DNA of 64,000 bases from Methanomassiliicoccales archaeon (GTDB taxonomy: Archaea; Thermoplasmatota; Thermoplasmata; Methanomassiliicoccales; UBA472), in contig JAVYMA010000005.1 in assembly GCA_038740345.1 (NCBI GenBank), positions 21,965 to 85,964 of the forward strand. The letters run 5' to 3'. A model generated the notes under the pieces. It did not search any database. It worked only from the letters and a program-made list of their open reading frames with translations, and had not been told where the DNA came from. Below are positions 23,475-31,921 of this stretch, piece after piece (positions within the stretch are counted from its first letter, which is position 1; each line of letters starts with the position of its first letter). The position numbers and the translations under genes were made by a program.

Positions 23475-24680
23475 ATGCACCCAAGCGAGATGCTGCGTGG
23501 AACGGCCTCAAAGGATTTGGATGGTAAACGGATAGTACTGGGCGTGACCGGCAGCATCGCAGCCATAGAGAGTTTCGGATTGGCGCGCGAGCTCGTGCGC
23601 CATGGCGCGCATGTGCAGGCGGTGCTGACCCCAGACGCGGCCAAGCTGGTCACTCCTTGGGCCTTGGAGTTCGCCACAGGCAATCCAGTGATAGAGGTGA
23701 TAGACAGTAGAGTGCAGCACGTAGCACTCCTGGGAGACGTTCCGGACCACGCCGATCTGCTGCTTATCGCCCCTTGCACTGCCAACACCATCTCCAAGAT
23801 CGCCAGCGGAATAGATGATACCCCCGTAACTACCATGGCCAGCACTGCCCTAGGATCCAATATACCTGTCATGGTAGCCCCGGCCATGCACCTGACGATG
23901 TATCAGAATCCCTTCGTGGCCAAGAATCTTAAAGCTCTGGAAAGCGAGGGCGTGGAGATCGTAGGGCCTAGGGTGGAGGGAGGGAAGGCCAAGATAGCGG
24001 AGATGGAAGAGATAGTGGCCAGGGTGATTAGACGAATCGGCCGTAGAGACTATCTAGGGAAGAAGGTGCTGGTCATAGGTGGTGCAAGCGAGGAGCCAAT
24101 TGATGATGTGCGCGTGATCACCAATCGCAGCACAGGCGAGACTGCGGTGCTCTTGGCCAAGGCCGCTTTCCGACGGGGGGCTGAGATCGAGCTGTGGATG
24201 GGCAGGAGCTCAGTGCAGGTGCCTTCCTATATCACAACGAGACGCTTCTCCAGCGTAGATGAGCTGATAGCCTTGAGTCAAGAAGCATCCCATGACCTGA
24301 TAATCGTACCTGCAGCACTGGGCGATTATGCCACGACAAAGGTGGAGGGGAAGATTCCTTCCGGGAGGGAAGAGCTAGTGCTACGGCTTAGGCCCCTACC
24401 CAAGGTTCTTAAAGCGCTTCGTCCCAAAGCCAGAACGCTTATAGGATTCAAGGCCGAGCATGCTGCGGAGCGCGAGCACCTCCTTTCCCGCGCCTCTTCA
24501 CGGCTGAAAGAGATACCTCTGGACCTCATAGTGGCCAACGATCTGCGGGATGTATTGCCGGGAGAGACCAAAGCCATAATCCTGGATGCCGAGGGTGTTA
24601 GGATGGAGTTTAAGGGCAGTAAGAGAGAGTTGGCAGACCGCATCTTGGACGAGGCGAGGATGTTAGGGAGAAGGGCATAG
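23475..24680 (+). CDS. coaBC: bifunctional phosphopantothenoylcysteine decarboxylase / phosphopantothenate-cysteine ligase
   Basis: An N-terminal flavoprotein domain (LGVTGSIAA, PAMHLTMY) is followed by a C-terminal DFP/CoaB domain (VITNRSTGET, IGFKAE). Confidence 0.88.
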   Translation: MHPSEMLRGTASKDLDGKRIVLGVTGSIAAIESFGLARELVRHGAHVQAVLTPDAAKLVTPWALEFATGNPVIEVIDSRVQHVALLGDVPDHADLLLIAPCTANTISKIASGIDDTPVTTMASTALGSNIPVMVAPAMHLTMYQNPFVAKNLKALESEGVEIVGPRVEGGKAKIAEMEEIVARVIRRIGRRDYLGKKVLVIGGASEEPIDDVRVITNRSTGETAVLLAKAAFRRGAEIELWMGRSSVQVPSYITTRRFSSVDELIALSQEASHDLIIVPAALGDYATTKVEGKIPSGREELVLRLRPLPKVLKALRPKARTLIGFKAEHAAEREHLLSRASSRLKEIPLDLIVANDLRDVLPGETKAIILDAEGVRMEFKGSKRELADRILDEARMLGRRA

Positions 24681-24681
24681 G

Positions 24682-25560
24682 ATGAGAGCCAAAGCCTTCT
24701 GCCCCGCTCATGTGACAGGCTTCTTCCAAATCTGCGAGCACCGCGACCCCATGCGTTCCGGATCTAAGGGCGCGGGGATGTGCCTCAGTCTTGGCGCAAC
24801 CTCCACGGTCCGGATAGAGGAAGGCAATGGAGAGGTCATCGTGCGCATCGATGGGAAAGAGGCAAGGGCGCCAGTGACTGAGGCGGCGGTAAGCAATGTG
24901 ATTCTGGAGCGGAAAGTGGATGTCTATGTGGATATCGTCCAGGACCTGCCCTGCGGCCAAGGTTTCGGCATGAGCGCAGCGGGAGCGCTTTCTGCGGCGC
25001 ATGCCACCTGCGACATTCTAGGCCTGCCCTTCCGAGCGGCCCTGCGAGCGGCGCATGAGGCCGAGCTGTCCCACCGCACTGGCCTAGGGGATGTGGCGGC
25101 CATGTCCCGGGGAGGCATCACCTTCAGGCGCAAGGAGGGGCTTCCTCCCTATGGTGTGATAGACCGCATCAACGCTGAGCCAGAGGTGGTGCTCTGCGTG
25201 GTAGGCGGACCCTTGGCAACCTCATCCATCCTCTCAGACCCGGGGAAAAGAAAAGTGGTGAACGAGGTGGGCAAAGATTGCGTTAAGCGCATGTCTCTTT
25301 CTCCTACCCTAGCGACGCTGATGCGACTCTCAAGGGAGTTCATGAGTCGAACTGGGCTAGCGACTCAAGAGGTGGAGCAGGCGGTCCAGGCTGCAGAGGA
25401 GTTTGGTCCCGCCAGCATGGCCATGCTAGGTAACTCCATCTTCGCTGTAGGACATGTGCCAGACCAGGACCGCTTGCTATCGGAGCGGGGCACAACGTAC
25501 CGCTGCAGGGTGGATTGGAGAGGGCCGCGGATCATAGATTCCTCTAAGGATGAAGAGTAA
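24682..25560 (+). CDS. archaeal pantoate kinase (GHMP-kinase fold)
   Basis: AFCPAHVTGFF, GQGFGMSAAGALSAA and AHEAELSHRTGLGDV align well with my memory of the Thermococcus pantoate kinase. The gene starts 2 nt after the coaBC stop. Confidence 0.8.
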   Translation: MRAKAFCPAHVTGFFQICEHRDPMRSGSKGAGMCLSLGATSTVRIEEGNGEVIVRIDGKEARAPVTEAAVSNVILERKVDVYVDIVQDLPCGQGFGMSAAGALSAAHATCDILGLPFRAALRAAHEAELSHRTGLGDVAAMSRGGITFRRKEGLPPYGVIDRINAEPEVVLCVVGGPLATSSILSDPGKRKVVNEVGKDCVKRMSLSPTLATLMRLSREFMSRTGLATQEVEQAVQAAEEFGPASMAMLGNSIFAVGHVPDQDRLLSERGTTYRCRVDWRGPRIIDSSKDEE

Positions 25561-25596
25561 GCTCTTTTATGAGTTCGTAACTCTTCAATCACTTGC

Positions 25597-26043
25597 ATGC
25601 AGGTGGATCAGGACGGGCCAGCGGGTCGGCTGGCATGGAGATTGGGGGGCAGCCTCTTCCTCGGAGCCCTGTGGCTCTCGTTGATTATCATATGGCTTTA
25701 CTTCATGGCAGGCCAGTTCAGCGTATACCAGAACTTGGCCGTAATTCTGCTCTCCCTAACCCTGGTCGCGGCCCTACTCCTGATTTTATGGGGCAGGTAT
25801 GGCATTAACCTTGCTCGGCAGATAGAAAAAATCGAGATAGATTGGAAGGGCAAGAGCGGATTTTCAAGAGGGCGGCTCTCGATCACCTTGCTAATATGGG
25901 GTACCTGGATGGCATCAGTGATAGCTTGGCTGTGGCTGTTCGCCGAGGGGTATAATGCCTATCAAAGCCTAGCAGTGATCCTAGTTTCTCTCATCATAGC
26001 AGGTGGCGCGGTTGCTATGCTATGGACCGTGGTGAAGGGATGA
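25597..26043 (+). CDS. 4-TM membrane protein with internal duplication
   Basis: The ORF consists of two homologous 2-TM halves (YQNLAVILLSL versus YQSLAVILVSL). Confidence 0.5.
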   Translation: MQVDQDGPAGRLAWRLGGSLFLGALWLSLIIIWLYFMAGQFSVYQNLAVILLSLTLVAALLLILWGRYGINLARQIEKIEIDWKGKSGFSRGRLSITLLIWGTWMASVIAWLWLFAEGYNAYQSLAVILVSLIIAGGAVAMLWTVVKG

Positions 26044-26057
26044 TTATCGCCCCCTCA

Positions 26058-26351
26058 TCATTCGAATAAGGTGAATAGCTGATCATCTTCACCCACATCG
26101 AAGAGACCGATGCGCGCTCCCGCATCAAGCCATGCATGCGCATAGTTGACGCAGGCAAAGGCGTTCACATAATCCCCTTTCTGAGAGAAGTGTTGAGCAT
26201 CCTCAAAATAGGACTTTGCCATATCCAAGAATGATTCTGCCAGCCTGCGATTGAAGGAGCGGGGAGGAGCTGCTATCCTGGCCTTGGAAAGAGCTCTTTT
26301 AGTCTTATCCAAATAATTAGATAGCTTCTCTTCCGTGATCCGGTCCTGCAT
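26058..26351 (-). CDS. DUF357-like small helical protein
   Basis: The C-terminal VNYAHAWLDAGARIGLFDV motif matches my memory of DUF357. The gene starts 3 nt downstream of the HerA-like gene. Confidence 0.5.
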   Translation of the reverse strand: MQDRITEEKLSNYLDKTKRALSKARIAAPPRSFNRRLAESFLDMAKSYFEDAQHFSQKGDYVNAFACVNYAHAWLDAGARIGLFDVGEDDQLFTLFE

Positions 26352-26353
26352 CT

Positions 26354-27931
26354 CTACCTCTTGGTGGGGATTATTTCCACCGACTCTCCTCCATGCCTGG
26401 ATTCGCGCGGGCGAACTTCTACGAACAGAGGCATCTGGATGTTACCTCCGATGATTAGAGCTACACCCACAGGCAGGCGCTGTATCTCTTCCTCCATGCC
26501 CTCTGAGAGACCCTCGAGGGAATTGGAGATGGCTTTTAGGTCATTGGGATTGGTGACCTTGAGAATCATCTGGGTGTTGCACTGTGAGAGGACGTTTTTA
26601 TCTATCTTCGCCGCCCTCTGGGATATCACTGTCAAGCCTAATCCGAATTTTCGCCCCTCTGAGGCTATGGTGCGGAAGATCTTGGAGGAAGCTGCCAGGC
26701 CCTGCTGAGGACAGTAATTATGAGCCTCCTCACAGACTATCATCATGGGCGGTATCTTATTGGCCTTGCGCAGCTCGAAACAGGCGGTGGCTATGCGACT
26801 GACCACTAGTTCCTGTATGTCTGGTGGCGTGCCTTTGAAATTGATTATGGTGGTCTTACCTTTGACTATCAACTCGTCGAACCTAGTGCCCTGAGGGGCG
26901 AAGATGTTGATCTCGTTCAGATATTCCAGCTCAGCGATGAGCGCGTTGTTTTGCCCCTCTTCATCCCCCTCCAGCACCCTGATGATGTCCTTCAGGGAGT
27001 ACTCCTTCTTGGCGGTGCGAACCGCATCGATGGCCTCGCGCAAGGCCTTCAGATACGTGGCTCCCTTCTTTATGTTAGTCAGTTCCAGAAGATCTCTGGC
27101 CTCGAGATTGGCCAAGGTGAAGCGTAGAGGCTTGGCCTGTGGATTGATAGTAGTATCCGTGGCGAACTCGATGATTTGCTCCGCGTAACCTCTCGGGGTC
27201 ACGTTGAAGCAGCGGTGCGTGGAGGGTTGAGGGCCTTTCTCCCTCATCGCCCCATACTCACCATGGGGGTCGAAGATCAAGGTGGTGACCCCATGCTTCA
27301 TCAGCTCCTCGATGAGATCCCCGCAGAGGAAGCTCTTGCCTCCTCCCGTCTTTGCCAGTATGCAGACGTGCTTCTGTACCATAGCGTTTATATCTATCTC
27401 CACCCGGATGTCGTGACCGTAAAGCAGACCGACATAGGCCCCTGTCTCCATGTTCTCCTTGATGCCTATCACTTTCTTGATCAGCTCATCCGTGGCCTTG
27501 TACACGTGATCTCCCGCCCTAAAGGGAGTGCGAGGCACTTGTAAAAGTCCTCGATCGTCGCGAAAGCCTACTATGTCCACCTTGGCTATGACCTCCTCGT
27601 CGATCTGCACCTCCTCCCCGTCCTGGATCATCTTAGCACGGTCTAGAGAGAGATTCGTCTTTCTCTCCATGGAAGAGACCCGGCCCAGAACCCAGCCCTC
27701 ATGCTGATGCTCTACCTGCACATATTCCATGGTTTCGATATCCCCGAAGACCCGGCAATGGAACTCACAGGTGCCGACGTTGCCGAAGATTATGCCCACA
27801 TGGGAAAGCCCTTCCTTCTTTGGTCGCTTACCTTGATTGATAGGGGCTATAGGCGAAGCTGGTTCGAGGTGCATCTCGGCCGTGCTGGAAGAGGGCGGAG
27901 TCCCCATGGTAGAATCTATTTGCATTCCCAT
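26354..27931 (-). CDS. HerA-like FtsK/HerA-superfamily ATPase (DUF87)
   Basis: An N-terminal HAS-barrel-like region is followed by Walker A ILAKTGGGKSF, Walker B-like MMIVCEEAHNY and the C-terminal block VISQRAAKIDKNVLSQCNTQMILKV. Confidence 0.8.
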   Translation of the reverse strand: MGMQIDSTMGTPPSSSTAEMHLEPASPIAPINQGKRPKKEGLSHVGIIFGNVGTCEFHCRVFGDIETMEYVQVEHQHEGWVLGRVSSMERKTNLSLDRAKMIQDGEEVQIDEEVIAKVDIVGFRDDRGLLQVPRTPFRAGDHVYKATDELIKKVIGIKENMETGAYVGLLYGHDIRVEIDINAMVQKHVCILAKTGGGKSFLCGDLIEELMKHGVTTLIFDPHGEYGAMREKGPQPSTHRCFNVTPRGYAEQIIEFATDTTINPQAKPLRFTLANLEARDLLELTNIKKGATYLKALREAIDAVRTAKKEYSLKDIIRVLEGDEEGQNNALIAELEYLNEINIFAPQGTRFDELIVKGKTTIINFKGTPPDIQELVVSRIATACFELRKANKIPPMMIVCEEAHNYCPQQGLAASSKIFRTIASEGRKFGLGLTVISQRAAKIDKNVLSQCNTQMILKVTNPNDLKAISNSLEGLSEGMEEEIQRLPVGVALIIGGNIQMPLFVEVRPRESRHGGESVEIIPTKR

Positions 27932-28424
27932 CCCAGCGGATGATATCCAGCGTTTGGGATAAATATATTGCGACTTATATGAAGGATTGCGACGGAGAGG
28001 CTTTTGACATCGAGAGCTAATTAGCTTATTTATTATAATTTATTTAAAAAAATTTATCATACATACATTTTCACACGAACCAGGCTATAATCAGCATTTT
28101 TAACACTGCTGTCTTTCGTGGAAGATGGAAATCATGCCCCCTGCTAGCCATTAACGGTCCTAACATCACCTGACTCGCAAGTTCATGATGGCCTTAGCTT
28201 GGTTCAACATGTTTTCTTTTCGCGCAAAATGCGATATATTCACTTCGAGGCCAGGACAATCTCAACGAGCCTATTCCTTCCTCTTCGTTCAAGCTACGCT
28301 TTCCATAGCCAATTGTGCTGGGTCTTGCCGAGGAGCAGACCTTCTACAATTTAATAATGCATCAAGGAGCATGGGCTTACTGCACCCCCAATCCTTTAAT
28401 TCCATTATCGGGATTCCCTCTGCC

Positions 28425-29273
28425 ATGATAATTCTCTGCGGCTCGACCTCAAGATCCTTGGCCCAGGACCTTTCTGCTATGTTAGGGGTAGAGTTCGTCC
28501 AGGCAATAACCAAGAGGTTTCCTGACGGCGAGGCCTATGTCCGCATTGAGCGCCCCGCTTTGGAGAAGGAAGTAGTGGTGGTTCAGAACACCTATCCAGA
28601 TAACAACCTGGTGGAATTGCTGCTGCTCCTGGACGCCGCCCGAGGTCTAGGTGCAGAGAAGATCACCTGTGTCATTCCCTATTTCGGCTATGCCCGCCAG
28701 GATAGGAGATTCAATCCTGGTGAGGCGCTGAGCGCCAAGGTTATGCTACGCCATTTAGAGATGGAGATGGACCGCCTGATCACCATCGATCTGCATAAGC
28801 CTGATGTCTTGGAGTGGTTCGCCCGCGCTCCTGCCCAAGATCTTAAGGCTGCTCCCGCGATAGGAGAGTACTTCTCATCTTGTGGAATAGATTTAGTCCT
28901 GGGACCAGATGCAGGGGCGGCACAAAGAGCCAGGGAGACGGCCAAGGTGATAGGCTGTGAGAGCGATCATCTGTTGAAGACGCGCATCAGCGGCACGGAA
29001 GTCAGGATCACGCCCAGCCATGTTGACGCCCGCGATAAGACGGTATTGATAGTAGATGACATAATCTCCACTGGAGGGACCATAATCGCAGCCACCAATG
29101 AGCTAAGAAGGCTCGGGGCTAAGAAGGTCTATGCCTCCTGCACGCACGGCCTTTTCACTGGCGGTGCGGTTCCCAAGCTTCAGCAGGTATGCGATAGAAT
29201 CGTATCTACCAATACCTTAGAAAGCGAGGTCTCGGAGATATCCGTGGCCAAGGTAGTTAGTAAGGCTCTCTGA
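28425..29273 (+). CDS. prs: ribose-phosphate pyrophosphokinase
   Basis: YFGYARQDRR and the PRPP loop VLIVDDIISTGGT are present. I moved the start to the ATG at 28425 (MIILCGSTS), because the upstream 80 codons have no Prs-like sequence. Confidence 0.88.
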   Translation: MIILCGSTSRSLAQDLSAMLGVEFVQAITKRFPDGEAYVRIERPALEKEVVVVQNTYPDNNLVELLLLLDAARGLGAEKITCVIPYFGYARQDRRFNPGEALSAKVMLRHLEMEMDRLITIDLHKPDVLEWFARAPAQDLKAAPAIGEYFSSCGIDLVLGPDAGAAQRARETAKVIGCESDHLLKTRISGTEVRITPSHVDARDKTVLIVDDIISTGGTIIAATNELRRLGAKKVYASCTHGLFTGGAVPKLQQVCDRIVSTNTLESEVSEISVAKVVSKAL

Positions 29274-29373
29274 TCTTATTTTCCCTTCTGATGCGTCTCT
29301 ATTGACTGAGAAGCCTCTCCTTCCAAAGCATATAAAAGCGGAAGCACATTCCCACTTCGCCTTGGTGCAGACA

Positions 29374-30777
29374 ATGGTGGTCAAGAAGTCCGAGGATTTC
29401 AGCGAATGGTACAACGAGATCGTAGAACTCGCGGGGCTGACTGATAAGCGCTACCCTATCAAGGGCATGAATGTTTGGAGACCTTATGGATGGAAGATAA
29501 TGCGCCTCATCGATGAGTACATTCGACGCGAATTCGACGCCACCGGCCATGATGAGGTCTGCTTTCCCCTCCTGATACCGGAGACGGAATTCAAGAAGGA
29601 GAAGGAGCATATCAAGGGCTTCGATTCCGAGGTGTATTGGGTCACGCATGCCGGCCTTAACCAATTGGACATCCGTATGTGCCTGCGCCCCACTTCGGAA
29701 ACGGCTATGTATCCTATTTTCGCACTCTGGATCCGTTCCCATTCCGACCTTCCGTTGAAGACCTATCAAATCGTGAACACTTTCCGCTATGAGACGAAGA
29801 TGACGAGGGCTTTCATCCGGGTGCGAGAGATACACTTCTTCGAATCTCACACCTGCCATACCACCGAGGAGGATGCGCAGCGACAGGTGGAGGAGGACTT
29901 CGTTATCCTTGAGAAACTGATGAGACGTCTAGCCCTTCCCTATTTCCTACTGGTGCGCACGGAATGGGATAAGTTCCCCGGTGCCTACTATACCGTGGGT
30001 GTGGATTGTCCCTTGCTTGAAGGCAGATCTTTGCAACTTGGCTCCATACATCACTATCGCGAAAATTTTTCTCGCCCCTTTGAAATAAAGTATGAGGACG
30101 TTGATGGCACGCTCAAATATGTGCATCAGACGACTTTTGGCATGAGCGAGAGGTTAGTCGGATGCATCGTAGCTTTTCATGGCGACGATAAGGGCCTGGT
30201 CCTTCCACCAGATGTGGCTCCCTATCAAGTAGTGATCGTGCCCATCTTGGCCAAGGGTAAAGTAGAGGAGGTTACGACCGCTGCTAGGACATTGAGGGAT
30301 GAGCTGCTGAAAGATGGTATTAGGGCTCATTTAGATGAGAGGGATGAGCGCCCCGGTAGCAAATTCTATGATTGGGAGATGAGAGGGGTGCCGCTACGTT
30401 TGGAGCTCGGTCCCAAAGATATCTCTGAGGGGAAAGTAAGCTATGCCGTGCGCCACGATGGCTCCAAGGGTTGGTTCCCTAGAGGGACGATATCTCAGGA
30501 AGTCAAGGTGATGCTGCAAAAGATAATGGAGGATATGAATGCCTCAGCCTGGACAAGGTTAGCCAACGCCGTGGCCACTATCGACACCCTGGAGAACCCG
30601 CCTAAGAAGATACTCAGGTTCGGATGGTGCGGTGCGGAGCAATGTGGCCGCGAGATAGAGACCAGAACCGAACTTAAGATACTTGGAACTCCCTACATCA
30701 AAGAGGATTTTCGAGCTAGATGTTTGGTGTGCGGCAAGGAGACCGAGCGAGCTACATATGCTGCGCGCGCCATGTGA
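29374..30777 (+). CDS. proS: prolyl-tRNA synthetase (archaeal/eukaryotic type)
   Basis: DFSEWYNEIVELAGL, class II motifs (FRYE..., GAYYTVG) and a C-terminal Zn-binding domain with CxxC ending near ...YAARAM. The ORF track starts at a TTG at 29302; I prefer the ATG at 29374. Confidence 0.9.
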   Translation: MVVKKSEDFSEWYNEIVELAGLTDKRYPIKGMNVWRPYGWKIMRLIDEYIRREFDATGHDEVCFPLLIPETEFKKEKEHIKGFDSEVYWVTHAGLNQLDIRMCLRPTSETAMYPIFALWIRSHSDLPLKTYQIVNTFRYETKMTRAFIRVREIHFFESHTCHTTEEDAQRQVEEDFVILEKLMRRLALPYFLLVRTEWDKFPGAYYTVGVDCPLLEGRSLQLGSIHHYRENFSRPFEIKYEDVDGTLKYVHQTTFGMSERLVGCIVAFHGDDKGLVLPPDVAPYQVVIVPILAKGKVEEVTTAARTLRDELLKDGIRAHLDERDERPGSKFYDWEMRGVPLRLELGPKDISEGKVSYAVRHDGSKGWFPRGTISQEVKVMLQKIMEDMNASAWTRLANAVATIDTLENPPKKILRFGWCGAEQCGREIETRTELKILGTPYIKEDFRARCLVCGKETERATYAARAM

Positions 30778-30801
30778 GCTTAAACTACGCCTTCGAGGCT
30801 T

Positions 30802-31008
30802 TCATCTCTGCTTCCAAACGAGAAGCAGCCCGAGCATCCCCAGACCTAATAGAGTTACCACGATGGCGTACACTCCCATGCTCTCCCTCTCGAAAATATT
30901 CCAGGTGCCATACATCAGGCCCCACCCCCACCACATGGCGAATCCCCCTAGGATAAGGAGGAGGGATAGCCATAATTTCGCTTTTTTAGGGAAGACGTTC
31001 TCTGCCAT
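30802..31008 (-). CDS. small 2-TM membrane protein (hypothetical)
   Basis: 68-aa ORF with two clear hydrophobic helices. No homology recognised. Confidence 0.35.
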   Translation of the reverse strand: MAENVFPKKAKLWLSLLLILGGFAMWWGWGLMYGTWNIFERESMGVYAIVVTLLGLGMLGLLLVWKQR

Positions 31009-31218
31009 CGGCAGCGCTCAATGCCATGAGCATATAACTATTTTGCTGCTTTAATTGGAATAGCGAGTGACATACACAGCTGCATAAAGCCAATTGGGAC
31101 TTAACCGCCTCCTAACCGAATTCTTCTATTTTTGGCTGATAAGATGACGAAACCTATATCCTAAGGTGGATGCCATAATATTTAACATGGCCCGCTTGGG
31201 CCGAGTGGAGGGGTTGAA

Positions 31219-31422
31219 ATGACCAAGAAAAAAGGCGAGAAGTACGAATGCCCAGAATGCGGGCTCGTAGTAGTCATCGAGGACGATGGATGCGAGTGCG
31301 GCGAATGCGATGTCATCTGCTGCGACGTGCCCATGGAATTGGTGGTGGAAGAAAAGCCAAAAAAAGCAAAAGGGAAGGCGTCGAAGAGTACGGCGAAAAA
31401 GAGCAATGCTACTAAAAAATGA
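31219..31422 (+). CDS. desulforedoxin-like Cys-rich protein with Lys-rich tail
   Basis: YECPECGLVVVI...VICCDVPM parallels the desulforedoxin / Dfx N-domain pattern (CxxC ... CC). An extra CECGEC is present, followed by a basic tail of 25 aa. Confidence 0.5.
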   Translation: MTKKKGEKYECPECGLVVVIEDDGCECGECDVICCDVPMELVVEEKPKKAKGKASKSTAKKSNATKK

Positions 31423-31921
31423 GAGTAAAGACGGACGATTTGAAAATGCGCTTTTCGTGAAACTCGTTACCAACCACCTTTTTCTCTGCATAACTTCTCT
31501 GCCAAGGGAGAAATATCTCCAGTCCAAAGGTTGGGTGATTTAGGGAATTAATCAGCGTTCTTGATCTTGATGTCTGCTTTGCTGAAATCGAATTCAAGAC
31601 CGAAAAAGAAAGAATGGTCAGAGTGATCAATAATTCTTAACAATACCTAGCTATCGAACTTTAAAAAGATTAGGGACGGAGCCTTAAATTTTGAAAAAAA
31701 AGTTGCGATTCAACAGCCTGTGGCCTCGATAGAGGTAGAACGCTATCATCTTTCCTAGAGAATCTGAGATAAACAAATCGCGGGTCCACTGCGAGGTGAG
31801 AGGAAACGTCCCATCCATAATGCGCTAGAGCCCCAAAGGGATTCATGAGGCTTAATTGACATTTCTAGCTCTGCGCACTGGCTCCAAATGATTAATATCC
31901 CTTTGTAGCCTTTTTAAGGGC

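Noticed and set aside
28185-28424. An 80-codon N-terminal extension of the prs ORF.
   Set aside because: It shows no Prs-like sequence and has odd composition. The canonical Prs N-terminus (MIILCGSTS) begins at the internal ATG at 28425, so the extension is probably just open intergenic sequence.
29299-29859. A 186-aa minus-strand ORF at the 5' end of proS.
   Set aside because: It lies antisense to a confidently identified aaRS gene and has no motif.
31126-31527. A 133-aa minus-strand ORF overlapping the desulforedoxin-like ORF.
   Set aside because: Its sequence is low-complexity (F/L/R-rich) with no motif. The plus-strand frame has an ordered CxxC...CC metal-site pattern and a sensible start context.
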